A stretch of 64,000 nucleotides of DNA from an uncultured Pirellulaceae bacterium (GTDB taxonomy: Bacteria > Planctomycetota > Planctomycetia > Pirellulales > Pirellulaceae). Location of the stretch: the NCBI GenBank assembly GCA_937921995.1, contig CAKZVF010000008.1:2050-66049 (forward strand), read 5' to 3'. A program made the position numbers and the translations under genes. Under the pieces are notes generated by a model. That model saw only the letters and a program-made list of their open reading frames with translations. It had not been told where the DNA came from and ran no database searches. This document shows, one piece after another, positions 1-9,793 of the stretch (its first letter is position 1; every line of letters starts with the position of its first letter).

Positions 1-1970
1 CTGGCTTCGAAACGAACGATGTCATCGGGGGACGCCCGTACTTCGTCTTGTAGTGGTGGTCCCATCCGCTGCACCAACCACTTGTACTTGTCTTCGCCGA
101 AGGGCAAAACCTGAGCATCAAAGACGATGCGTTCGATTTTGTCTTCCTGCTTATACCGTTTCACGGCAACCATCATTGGGTCGAGCGATTTGATGTTGTT
201 GGTGAAGAACTGAGCCCGTTGAGAAAACCAATGTTGTTCGTCCTGTGTCACGCGCGCGATCTTCATATCCGCGATAGGCGTGAAGAATCCCCGTCTCCCA
301 CGCAGCGAACACTGCCAAGATTCACCGACCGTTTCGAAGGTGCTGCCGTCGGGGTGACTGCCGAAACCCACCGGCAGGTAACCACCGGTGATCAAGTCGT
401 CGATGCTTTTGAAATCGTAGGACTCACCGACCGCCAAGAGTTTCGCCATCTCGTTGAGCACCATGTCGGTGACGACTTGGTTTCGCCGGCGGAGTTCGAT
501 CTGATATTCGGGCGTTAACAATTGCTGAAAAAAGCGCGTTGGCATGTAGACGAAAAGCGTATCGTCCCGGTCGATTGGCATCTGATAACGCGCGAATTTG
601 AATTCGCGCGTGTCGGCCAGACTGCCGATGCCACGCGCGGACTCCAAAAACCGCTCCGCAATCCGGCGAGACGTCGTCAATAAATGATTGTCGCCTGAAA
701 CGGCATAGAAGGAGCGGTAGCGGTTGTCGGGCGTGGACAGCAGTTCGATCGTTTCACCATTTTCAGTCGTGATGGTTTCAACGGTCGCATTTTGATCGGC
801 GTGTTTGGTTGCGAATTTCTTTCGTTTGGATCGCAGATTGCCGGCCAAGGATTTTGTGTTTTTCGCGTGCAGCATAATGCCGATGGCAGCACCGTTATCA
901 AAGTAACTGTCCATGCCAATGACGCCGACGTCGGCGATCAAGCTGCCTCCGAACAAGCGGTCAAATTCGCTGGATTGGATCGCAAGTTGGTCCAAGAATT
1001 TAGATTGGATTTTTGGTTGATAGCCGCGCAGTTGTATCATGCGACTGAGATTGCCGCCAAACTCTTCGGTCAATTGTTGAAGCCAGATTTGATTCTTCCA
1101 CGTCCCAAACCGAAGGTAAAAACACTCGTGAGGAACGGCCTGAGCCATCGGTTCCATGGCGATGTCGTCGGGCAAATCCTTCACCACCAACGGTGTCCAC
1201 TGAATCTTCTCAGGCATGGGCAATGTTGCCAACGCCCGGTCAACGCCGACGGTCATTGCTTTGTGAATGCCATCGATGCGGAGCGCCTCGACGTCGAAAA
1301 GCAGCTCAAAGGTCCGCGCGAGGGCATCTTTGGAACGTTGGGAACGGGTGGGCAAGGCCAACCCCAGCCGTTTTCCCACGACCGCGGTAAGGTAAGTTTC
1401 GACCATCGGCGGGTAGTCGCCCGATTGGATCATGTCATCACTGGCCGAGGAAAAACTGTTCCACCAGTTCTTGGCAAAACGTTCGTAACGATTGGGTTTA
1501 TCGAAAACGATGGGAACGTCGAAGGTCGATTGCCCTGTGCCATGCAGGGTGATGTTTAGCGGTTGGTCACCTTTGAACAGAAACCAAATGGATTTTGATT
1601 CGGCCGAATTAGCCGGGTTGGACCGGATAAAGTTCCCTAAAAACTCGCGGAACGGTGTATCTGAGATCACCGGGAAGCTAATACGCTCATTTGCTTCGGT
1701 CACCAAGACGGCTCCGGTACGCGCGATCATCTCATCGCCTGATTGCAAGCGATAGTTGATTCGACCAACGCCGTAAGGCCGGCCCGCGTGGGCTTCGGCG
1801 GACAGGACGATCGGCTGCCGCGGCACCGTGAGGTCGTCGGTGGCACGATTTCCATTTTCGGAAATAGCCGGCGTCGGCGTTTTATTGGATTCTTGAGCCG
1901 AAGCTATCACCAAGGGTGACGCGGTCAGGATCAGCGCGAAAAGGACAATCGGCTTTCGAAGAAGATTCAT
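1..1970 (-). CDS. Large secreted planctomycete hypothetical protein, 3' end outside the window (absent from the ORF track)
   Basis: ATG at 1970 opens a stop-free frame to the window edge (MNLLRKPIVLFALILTASPLVIASAQ...PDDIVRFEA) with a Sec signal peptide. Plus-strand ORFs here are its shadows. Confidence 0.85.
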   Translation of the reverse strand, partial: MNLLRKPIVLFALILTASPLVIASAQESNKTPTPAISENGNRATDDLTVPRQPIVLSAEAHAGRPYGVGRINYRLQSGDEMIARTGAVLVTEANERISFPVISDTPFREFLGNFIRSNPANSAESKSIWFLFKGDQPLNITLHGTGQSTFDVPIVFDKPNRYERFAKNWWNSFSSASDDMIQSGDYPPMVETYLTAVVGKRLGLALPTRSQRSKDALARTFELLFDVEALRIDGIHKAMTVGVDRALATLPMPEKIQWTPLVVKDLPDDIAMEPMAQAVPHECFYLRFGTWKNQIWLQQLTEEFGGNLSRMIQLRGYQPKIQSKFLDQLAIQSSEFDRLFGGSLIADVGVIGMDSYFDNGAAIGIMLHAKNTKSLAGNLRSKRKKFATKHADQNATVETITTENGETIELLSTPDNRYRSFYAVSGDNHLLTTSRRIAERFLESARGIGSLADTREFKFARYQMPIDRDDTLFVYMPTRFFQQLLTPEYQIELRRRNQVVTDMVLNEMAKLLAVGESYDFKSIDDLITGGYLPVGFGSHPDGSTFETVGESWQCSLRGRRGFFTPIADMKIARVTQDEQHWFSQRAQFFTNNIKSLDPMMVAVKRYKQEDKIERIVFDAQVLPFGEDKYKWLVQRMGPPLQDEVRASPDDIVRFEA

Positions 1971-2021
1971 CTTGATACGACCCTACGAAGAAAGTGAGCA
2001 AGCATGCTTACGCGCGATCAC

Positions 2022-2432
2022 TTAAACAACGTCGACGATTGGTTCGGAAACGTCTTCGAGGGTAACGTGAACCATCCAATGATCAATCTTTAAGTTCTCG
2101 TCGTACACCTGTCCCGGTTCTTCTTCTGCATTGACGACGATCTCTTCGCCATCGACTGGAAAGAAAAGGTAGTCGCAACCATCAGTGTCGATCCGCGCCA
2201 GCGGACCAATTTGGGGATGAACCATCTCGACCACGCGCGCCGAACGAACCTGGCAGTTCGTGGTTGAATCAAGCTGATTGAAGAAGATGAAATCGGGAGT
2301 CGTTTCGTCGGTCACGATGTCTTCGGGCGGCGTTTGGAAGAACCAGAGCTTTTGGTTTTCACCCAAAACCAGCGTTTGATCAAGCTCGTACCAGCCGGGC
2401 ACCCAAAGAGCTGTCTGTTTTGAAGTAATCAT
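2022..2432 (-). CDS. Hypothetical acidic protein (136 aa)
   Basis: ORF track; co-directional with neighbours; protein-like composition. Confidence 0.7.
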   Translation of the reverse strand: MITSKQTALWVPGWYELDQTLVLGENQKLWFFQTPPEDIVTDETTPDFIFFNQLDSTTNCQVRSARVVEMVHPQIGPLARIDTDGCDYLFFPVDGEEIVVNAEEEPGQVYDENLKIDHWMVHVTLEDVSEPIVDVV

Positions 2433-2523
2433 AGTTAGGCTTCAATAAGAATTAGGGATCGGAGCAAACAGCGTGGGAAGTAAGACGCGGCAGCGGGCGT
2501 TGACCCGCTACTTTGTAAAGTGA

Positions 2524-3075
2524 TTAGTGATGGTGAGGTTTGTGTGGCGGGATTTCACCTTCGTAGGTTTTTCCGTCGATCTCAATTTTCAATTTCACGC
2601 CCAAGTTCATCGCGACCGAAAGTTTATCATCGTCCAGCATATACACTGCTGTTTTGCCATCGTCGCCTGCGTCTTCGGGCTGGAGGACGAAGGGATCCCG
2701 AGTCTTACCTGCCTGTGGTTCGATACTGACTTTGGCGTTGACGCCGACCGAATCTTTGTTGGCGTCCAGTACGTAAACGCGAATGACAGAGTTGCCTTTG
2801 TAGTGCCGCCACTCGCTGACGTAATCTTTGGGGGAAAGGTAAACGATGTGTCCTTTGTTGGGCCCCATTTCTTCGACGTGCTGATCTGCTTCGTGGCTTT
2901 CGTGACCCGCGTGATCATGACCTTCGCCGTCGTGGCTGTGCCCATGATCGTCACCGTCGTGATCGTGGTCGTGCGCGGCGGGTTCACTTTTTTGTGCCGT
3001 CGACGACGGTTGGTCGCAACCAACATTAAGGGTGCATACGGTGGCCAGCATGAGTAGTAAAAAAGAAAAACGCAT
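2524..3075 (-). CDS. His-rich lipoprotein, putative metal-binding
   Basis: Lipobox LNVGC, His/Asp-rich tract HDHDHDGDDHGHSHD, GPNKGH motif, C-terminal HHH. Confidence 0.8.
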   Translation of the reverse strand: MRFSFLLLMLATVCTLNVGCDQPSSTAQKSEPAAHDHDHDGDDHGHSHDGEGHDHAGHESHEADQHVEEMGPNKGHIVYLSPKDYVSEWRHYKGNSVIRVYVLDANKDSVGVNAKVSIEPQAGKTRDPFVLQPEDAGDDGKTAVYMLDDDKLSVAMNLGVKLKIEIDGKTYEGEIPPHKPHHH

Positions 3076-3135
3076 CGTAAAGTTCCGTGTGTTAATGTTT
3101 GATGGTTTGGAATGGAGGACGTTGGGCGTCCATCA

Positions 3136-3169
3136 TTTCATCAGTTCGTGATTTTCATCAGTTCGTGAT
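3136..3169. repeat. 17-bp exact tandem duplication (tttcatcagttcgtgat x2)
   Basis: Read directly at 3136-3152 and 3153-3169. Confidence 0.9.
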
Positions 3170-3241
3170 TATATCGCAATCGTAATGAATTCAATACGGT
3201 GCTTTGATAGCATAAGTTAAGCAATTCTCAAGCTTGAGGTG

Positions 3242-5878
3242 TTATTTTTCAGACGTCGATAATTTTAAGCGCAACGTGCGCATTTGATGTTTAGAAAACG
3301 GTAGTCTGAATTTATCTGAATCATCCGCTGCGACCGTCTTTTCACCGCTAAGATCGGTTTCGATATGAGTCGTCGGTTGGACCGATTGTACACCGGTGCA
3401 ATGTAATGTCATTTCCTGATCGCTGTCACTCACATTCCACCAACGGGCAATGATGTCTGATCCTTTGTCGGCTTCGGCAGGTTTAATTGCCCACAGCAGG
3501 ACGTTTCGAGAATTATTGGTTTCTGTATTGCCGGATTCAGCTTGAATCAGTGAATAATTTGTGGGCACCGTGCCTTTGGAATCTGAATTCAGCGCGATGG
3601 CGATCGCCGGATTGGTTTGCTCAAGCGCCCATCGCATTGGAGAATTTGAATCCTCCGCGTCCCGACCTGAGGAAAGTTGAGCTGCTTTGATGGAGAATCG
3701 CTGGGTGAAGAATTTGTCGCCGTTTTGATTGCGAATGCCCAAGTTCGGCCCGTCGATCTGCCCTCCGATTAAGAACTGAACTTGTGGGTGAGCGGTGTCT
3801 AGTTTTTGTGGAGTACTTTGGCCAAATTTAAAGAACGAGCAATCGTGGTTTGCGATATCGATAGAGAACTTGCCTTCTGCAAGCCGAACGAAGTGGCCCG
3901 CTGAGAGCCAGTCGTAGCGTGCATTACGATTGGCATAGTGGCCGCCATTTTTGACAAGATCCGCGGTGACGATGGCACCGACTTCTTCGTGTTCTAATTT
4001 GAAGTCCTGAAGTTGGAAGTCGAAATTCCACGTTAACGTTTCCGAGAAGTTCTGCAGGATCTTGTTTTCAATTCTAATGCCCTTCCCTTCGATCAATGAG
4101 ATGACGGTTCGGCTTTTTATCGGTGACGTCCGCTGAATCAACAGTTGTTGGCCAATTGTGCCTAGTTTGCTAACAGAGTAGGTTGCCTTGATCGGAACAG
4201 GTTTGCCCTCCATCATCAATACGTTGAAGCCCGCTGCTCCCACCAGATCCCGGCCGCTCTTTTTATCAATGACGCTATTGATCATGCCACTCGCGTCGAC
4301 CGAGACTTTAAATTGACCGTTTTCAATCGAACTGCCGTTCAAACGAGCTTTTGCGGGACTAATTTTTTGCGGGGCTATGCGGATACAAGTGAACCCGATC
4401 GGCGGCACGTCTGTTACCCGAGCCAAAATTTGATTTTCGTTAACACGGTAATGTTCAACAACGGCGTTGGTGTTAACGTCTACGATCTCGGTTGCTTGAG
4501 GAAAGTCGCCGATGATTCTTATTACAGCGTCGCGTTTCCAACCCAAGGGGTTAAATACCAGATGGGTAGGTTCGAAAGTCGTGTTAAATGGCAATCCATC
4601 GACTTCGCCAGAGGAAGGTTTGTAGTTGACCATAGAGGCTAACGACGCCCGCGCGTCAATCAGCAGTTGATCAACGTAGCCACTGATTTGATCCGCCAGA
4701 CGTTTCTGCCACTGAGCGCGTTTGATTCGTAGCTGCTCTGTTGAATCGGCGGTCCAATCGTGTTCCCAATAAAGTCCCAAATTCAAATGGGCAAGATCTC
4801 GTTCTTTCTTGCGTTGGGGCCAGAACTTAGCATCGTGCTGACCAATAATGGCAGCCATGGCTTCGGCCGTTCGCAACCGCTCGACCGCTCTTCGTACCCG
4901 CGCCGTCTGTTCCGCCATCGACGCACAAAGAATGTCCCATTCATTGCCGTAGGCTTCGGTGACAACGGGTAAGTCGCCACCATGCTTGCGTTCGAACGTA
5001 CGGAAGAAGTCTTCCTCGTTGGAGACGATTACCTTTTGATCTTTGGTCGTGCGACGACGAGCGATCAGAGGGAAGCTGTTGTCGAGCGTCTTCAGATCGT
5101 CCCAGCCCTGTCCAAACAAACCGACGGTCGCGTAAGGGTGTCGTTTGAGAAAGCCTTGATTGTTGTTAATGAAATCGATGGCTTTGTCGGGATTCCTGGC
5201 TTCGGCGTATCCGCCGACCGATTCGTTGTTTGGGCCCAATGAATACCACTTCATGAGGATGCGGCTGTCGTCCAATCCACGCCACCAATAAATCTCATGG
5301 TCGCGTTGTTGAAATGGCGCGTAAGGCATCTTTGTTGCACAACCGCAGATGCCGCGCCAGGAATACTTGGCCCCCGCGCCGCTCCATAACGCCCCAAGCC
5401 CTAGCGGCAACGTTTGATTCTCCATCGCCACGGCCAGAGGAAATTTAACGTCGAACCGGCGTTGCAAATCACCCGCGTAAAACATTCCACGCAGAACCGC
5501 TTCGGCCGGTTGTCCGCCGTAGGTCGATACCAGAGCGTTCAGCGGCGATGAAATGTGTCCATCGGCCACACGCGCCATCAACCGATCGAATTCCTGTTTG
5601 GTTTTGTGGTGTTCGTATTCCCACAACCAAAGGCTACCGTCGCAGTTCCATTTGGGCTGGTACTCCGGCGGCTGATCGGTGCTCTCATCGATGCGGTCAA
5701 GATAGTAGTCCAGCGTCTGGATAAAGACGGCCCGATACGTCGCATCATCAGCGGTCCAAAAGTAGTCTGTGTGATCGTCGGGGGCAATGTAGACTGTCTT
5801 GGGGGCAGGCTGAGCAAACAGCAAAGCGGCAAGAAATAACTGGCAGGCTATCGAGAAGATCGCACAAAAATATTTCAT
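3242..5878 (-). CDS. Secreted glycoside hydrolase, GH38-like (alpha-mannosidase fold)
   Basis: Signal peptide, N-terminal DHTDYFW motif, WEHDW motif, C-terminal KPAE..IARWWN and beta-sandwich typical of GH38. Confidence 0.7.
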   Translation of the reverse strand: MKYFCAIFSIACQLFLAALLFAQPAPKTVYIAPDDHTDYFWTADDATYRAVFIQTLDYYLDRIDESTDQPPEYQPKWNCDGSLWLWEYEHHKTKQEFDRLMARVADGHISSPLNALVSTYGGQPAEAVLRGMFYAGDLQRRFDVKFPLAVAMENQTLPLGLGALWSGAGAKYSWRGICGCATKMPYAPFQQRDHEIYWWRGLDDSRILMKWYSLGPNNESVGGYAEARNPDKAIDFINNNQGFLKRHPYATVGLFGQGWDDLKTLDNSFPLIARRRTTKDQKVIVSNEEDFFRTFERKHGGDLPVVTEAYGNEWDILCASMAEQTARVRRAVERLRTAEAMAAIIGQHDAKFWPQRKKERDLAHLNLGLYWEHDWTADSTEQLRIKRAQWQKRLADQISGYVDQLLIDARASLASMVNYKPSSGEVDGLPFNTTFEPTHLVFNPLGWKRDAVIRIIGDFPQATEIVDVNTNAVVEHYRVNENQILARVTDVPPIGFTCIRIAPQKISPAKARLNGSSIENGQFKVSVDASGMINSVIDKKSGRDLVGAAGFNVLMMEGKPVPIKATYSVSKLGTIGQQLLIQRTSPIKSRTVISLIEGKGIRIENKILQNFSETLTWNFDFQLQDFKLEHEEVGAIVTADLVKNGGHYANRNARYDWLSAGHFVRLAEGKFSIDIANHDCSFFKFGQSTPQKLDTAHPQVQFLIGGQIDGPNLGIRNQNGDKFFTQRFSIKAAQLSSGRDAEDSNSPMRWALEQTNPAIAIALNSDSKGTVPTNYSLIQAESGNTETNNSRNVLLWAIKPAEADKGSDIIARWWNVSDSDQEMTLHCTGVQSVQPTTHIETDLSGEKTVAADDSDKFRLPFSKHQMRTLRLKLSTSEK

Positions 5879-5937
5879 TACTTACTCGCTGCCCGAATGT
5901 GCGCTGACAATACCGCTTAACCGCGGCACTGAAGACT

Positions 5938-7359
5938 CTAAAGAATGTCTCCCGGTTTGTAATTGATTATCTCCTCCGAGAGCCCTGACTTCAACGCATC
6001 GACTTGCGACTGGAAGTGAGAAATCTGAGCCAGTGCGGCACCAGAGTTCATGCGGCCTTCGGCCAGGATTTTAGCCAATTGTTTTTCGTCGAGTGGGATG
6101 TCGGCGTCGTCCTTGAGTCGATCCAACAGATCATTGTGGTCAATTTTTCCTATGCGTAGGTCATGCACCGTCGCAACGGCGTGTTTCTTGATTGCTTTAT
6201 GAGCCTGTTCGCGACCGACGCCGGCTTTGACGGCTTCCATCATGATCGTCGTGGTCATCAGGAACGGCAGGTAGTGTTCGTTTTCGGCTTCGATGACCGA
6301 TGGATACGCGTCCATCTGATTGAGGATCGTGAGGAACGTTTCATACATGCCGTCGATTGCAAAAAATGCGTCCGGGAGCATCACGCGGCGAACCACCGAG
6401 CAGGAAACATCGCCTTCGTTCCACTGGTCGCCGGCGAGTCCCGCGGCCATGGCGAGGTAGCCTTTTAAGATGACGTGGAAACCATTGACGCGTTCGCAGG
6501 ATCGCGAATTCATTTTGTGCGGCATCGCGCTGGAACCGGTCTGCCCGGGTGCGAAACCTTCGCTGGCTGTCTCGTGGCCGGCCATCAGACGCAAGGTTTT
6601 GCAAAAAGATGACGGTGCGGAAGCCAACTCCGTCAATGCGGAGACTGTTGAAAGGTCTAAACTGCGCGGATACACCTGCCCAACGTTGACGCAAGTTGTC
6701 GGCATCTGCAGATGGTCAACGATGCGCGATTCAAGTTCGATCACTTTTTGGGGATCGCCGTCAAAAAGTGATATCGTGTCCATCTGGGTTCCCACGGCGC
6801 CTTTGAGGCCGCGGACAGGATAGCGCTCAATCAGCGCGTCCAGTGTTTTCAATGCGCTCAAAAGTTCTTCACCGAACATCGAGATGCGTTTGCCCAGCGT
6901 CGTCGGTTGTGCGGCGACATTGTGCGTGCGGGCGGTGATCAACAGCGTTTTGAAACGATCTGCCAGTTCGGACAGTCGGATCAGCGTCGTTGCGGTTTTG
7001 TTGCGGATAATGATCAGGCTGCGAAAAACCTGAAGTTGTTCCACATTCTCGGTCAGGTCGCGCGATGTCATGCCTTTGTGGATGTGTTCGTGACCGGCCA
7101 ATTCGTTGAATTCTTCGATCCGCGCCTTCACATCGTGGCGAGTCACCTTTTCTCGCTCGTCGATCGACTGGAGATTGATTTGGTCGATGACTGATTCATA
7201 GTCCTGGATTGCCTTGGCGGGAATATCCAGCCCTAGAGCGCTTTGGGACTTCATCACTGCAATCCAAAATTCGCGTTCAAGACGAATCCGCCCTTGGCCG
7301 GACCAAATATCCGAAATTTGCTGGGATGCGTAGCGCTGTGCCAAAACGTTGGGGATCAT
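5938..7359 (-). CDS. purB: Adenylosuccinate lyase
   Basis: TRHDV, HKGMTSRD and the fumarate-lyase signature GSSAMPHKMN. Confidence 0.97.
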   Translation of the reverse strand: MIPNVLAQRYASQQISDIWSGQGRIRLEREFWIAVMKSQSALGLDIPAKAIQDYESVIDQINLQSIDEREKVTRHDVKARIEEFNELAGHEHIHKGMTSRDLTENVEQLQVFRSLIIIRNKTATTLIRLSELADRFKTLLITARTHNVAAQPTTLGKRISMFGEELLSALKTLDALIERYPVRGLKGAVGTQMDTISLFDGDPQKVIELESRIVDHLQMPTTCVNVGQVYPRSLDLSTVSALTELASAPSSFCKTLRLMAGHETASEGFAPGQTGSSAMPHKMNSRSCERVNGFHVILKGYLAMAAGLAGDQWNEGDVSCSVVRRVMLPDAFFAIDGMYETFLTILNQMDAYPSVIEAENEHYLPFLMTTTIMMEAVKAGVGREQAHKAIKKHAVATVHDLRIGKIDHNDLLDRLKDDADIPLDEKQLAKILAEGRMNSGAALAQISHFQSQVDALKSGLSEEIINYKPGDIL

Positions 7360-7793
7360 ACTAATTTTTTGTTGAATCAGGTGAGTTTGTTCGTGCTGTG
7401 CCGTACGGAGGCCGCGCTTCGTGCGTGCCTTCGGCCGATGGAGTGCTAAGCATACCCAATTCTGCTGGATTGGCTAGGATTCTCCAATGGCGTGAATGCG
7501 TGTTAAAAAAATCCGATTAAAGCAATTGCTCTCGGTGCGATGAAGTGATCTCTCCGTTACGATATTGGCGGATTAAACGCAAAGTTTCAGTTTTTTGGAT
7601 TGCCTGATTGGGGGTTGTTCGAAACGCTTGTTTGGTCGATAAGATAAAAAGGGTAATAGCTAGGAATTGCGCCAGTTTGCTGCGAACCGAAACCGTGCGT
7701 GGTTCGTTAAAATGTCGTGGTTCTATCAGCCAGTTTTTTCGCCGTATCTGCCCTTGGGCGGTAGTGTCGTGCGTTTGTTTTAAGGAGAGTTCT

Positions 7794-9788
7794 GTGGGAT
7801 TGCGAACCATCGCATTACTGTTTACCGTCATTTTGATTTGCGTGGGTTGTGCCAGCAGTGAAGCCGTTGCTCAACAGGATGACGCTCGATTCAGCAGTGA
7901 GTACTACCTGCCTGCCAACACGCGTGCTTGGGTCTCGATTCCAAATCTTCAGACGCTGAATAAACATCTGGACGCCAGTCAGATGGGGCAGCTTGCGAAA
8001 GACCCCGATTTGAAGCCGTTCATCGATAGCGCTCGCAAACAAATGCGGAAATGGCTGGATGAGAAGGGAGTCAAGTTCGAATTTTCGATCGAAGATTTTG
8101 ATGACATCGACACCGGCGAAATTAGCATCGCAGGCGTGTTGCCCAAAGCGGTCGGCGGTCAAGCGGTGGCGGGCAGTCATGGTATCGTCCTCATGGCCGA
8201 TGGCTCGAAAGATCTTGACGCCGTCAATCAACTGATAGCGCGCGTCGAAGGGCAGCTGCAAGAACGTGGTGCCACCAAAGAGATGCTTGAAATTAACGGA
8301 ATCTCGGTGACCAAATGGCAATATCCTGAGAAGCGGAAATGGGTCAAACGCAAGAAGGTATCCTTTCAAGCGATCGTCGATGGCTGGTTTTTGGTGTCTG
8401 ACAACGACGAGATTTTTCGCCAAGTGCTGCGGCGTGTGATGAAGTTGGTAGACCCCAACGTCGCCGGAAATCTTGCCTCTCAGGAATCGTTTAAGTACGC
8501 ACTATCGCGTTGTACGTTGAATAACGAAGGCGAAAACGAAGTGGCCGCAGACGTGCGTTGGTTTGTTGAGCCCTTTGGTTATGTGAAATTAGCTCGCGCG
8601 ATTGAGATCGAGAACGAACCGGTCAAAAAAATGGAAGACGATTGGACAGCGGTGTTGGCGGCGAACGGCCTGAAGGCGATTCGCTCCGTTGCCGGAGCGG
8701 CCACGATTGCGACCAATGAAAAGGAAGCGTTTTTTCGCTTGTTCGTCCACGCTCCCAAAGATCAAACGCGCGACGCGGCCGAAGCCCGGATGCTCAGCAT
8801 TCTGGATTTCGCGCCGAAAGATCGTTCGGAAACGGTCCCACCAAAATGGGTGCCAAAATCAATATCAGGATCTTTTACGGCTCAGTGGGATTTCAGCAAA
8901 GCACTTGCCGGCATCGGTCCGATTGTGGATTCGTTTTTGAAAGAGGAAGGTGCGTTTCAAGATTTACTGGATACGGTTAAAAACGAACCTGAGTTCCGAG
9001 TCGACATCCCGAAGCTTGTTGGGCAACTGGACAAGAGGTTTACGGTCATTTCCGAAACCGAACGTCCGCTTGGGTTGGAAAGCGAGAAACTGGCGATTGG
9101 GATTCAATTGGTCAATCCGATGGCTGAAGCCGATGCGAAGGAAATGATCGACAGCATAGCTCGTGCAATTCGCGGCAAAATGATTGTCTTAGGCGGCATC
9201 CCTGTCATTGTCGACGATCGTACTGATGAGGTCGAAGACGAAGATGACGATTTTGATTTCGAGGGCGGGTTGCCTTTCGAAGAGGAAGAAGACGAAAACA
9301 AATTTTCCGGTGGCGGTGGCGGGCAGGATTTTGCGTTGTTTGAAAAGAAGTACATTGCGATTGCCAAAGGGCATCTGTTCATCTGCAACGACAAGGATTA
9401 CTTAAAGAAGTTGCTCACCAGCAAAGATACTGAGTCGTTAGAAGGACAACCAGATTTCATCGCGATAAGAGATGAGATTTCGAAGTACGTAGATTTGAAA
9501 AAGGTTCGTGCCACGCGATTCGGTCGTGTCGATAAGGTTCTTGAATTGAACTACGACATGATCAAAAAGGGAGAACTGGCCAATTCGAAGTCGTTGCTGG
9601 GCAAAGCGGCCAATGCAATTTTGTCTGAAGATATGGGTGATGGTAAACCACCAGAGATTAAAGTTGACGTTAGTAAATTGCCGGACGACTTCGAAGCGTC
9701 GATCGCGAAGTATCTCGGCACGATCGGCTGGATGACGGAGAACGAAGTCGGCGGTTGGCGAATCACCGGTTGCGTTCTGAAGAAGTAA
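7794..9788 (+). CDS. Conserved planctomycete secreted/lipoprotein-like hypothetical protein
   Basis: ORF 7608-9788; likely GTG start at 7794 after taaggag; signal ending LICVGC; acidic low-complexity insert. Confidence 0.75.
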   Translation: MGLRTIALLFTVILICVGCASSEAVAQQDDARFSSEYYLPANTRAWVSIPNLQTLNKHLDASQMGQLAKDPDLKPFIDSARKQMRKWLDEKGVKFEFSIEDFDDIDTGEISIAGVLPKAVGGQAVAGSHGIVLMADGSKDLDAVNQLIARVEGQLQERGATKEMLEINGISVTKWQYPEKRKWVKRKKVSFQAIVDGWFLVSDNDEIFRQVLRRVMKLVDPNVAGNLASQESFKYALSRCTLNNEGENEVAADVRWFVEPFGYVKLARAIEIENEPVKKMEDDWTAVLAANGLKAIRSVAGAATIATNEKEAFFRLFVHAPKDQTRDAAEARMLSILDFAPKDRSETVPPKWVPKSISGSFTAQWDFSKALAGIGPIVDSFLKEEGAFQDLLDTVKNEPEFRVDIPKLVGQLDKRFTVISETERPLGLESEKLAIGIQLVNPMAEADAKEMIDSIARAIRGKMIVLGGIPVIVDDRTDEVEDEDDDFDFEGGLPFEEEEDENKFSGGGGGQDFALFEKKYIAIAKGHLFICNDKDYLKKLLTSKDTESLEGQPDFIAIRDEISKYVDLKKVRATRFGRVDKVLELNYDMIKKGELANSKSLLGKAANAILSEDMGDGKPPEIKVDVSKLPDDFEASIAKYLGTIGWMTENEVGGWRITGCVLKK

Positions 9789-9793
9789 ACGCA

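Noticed and set aside
219-1755. Plus-strand ORFs of 65-255 aa
   Set aside because: Antisense shadows of the long minus-strand gene 1-1970, which the ORF track missed because its stop is outside the window.
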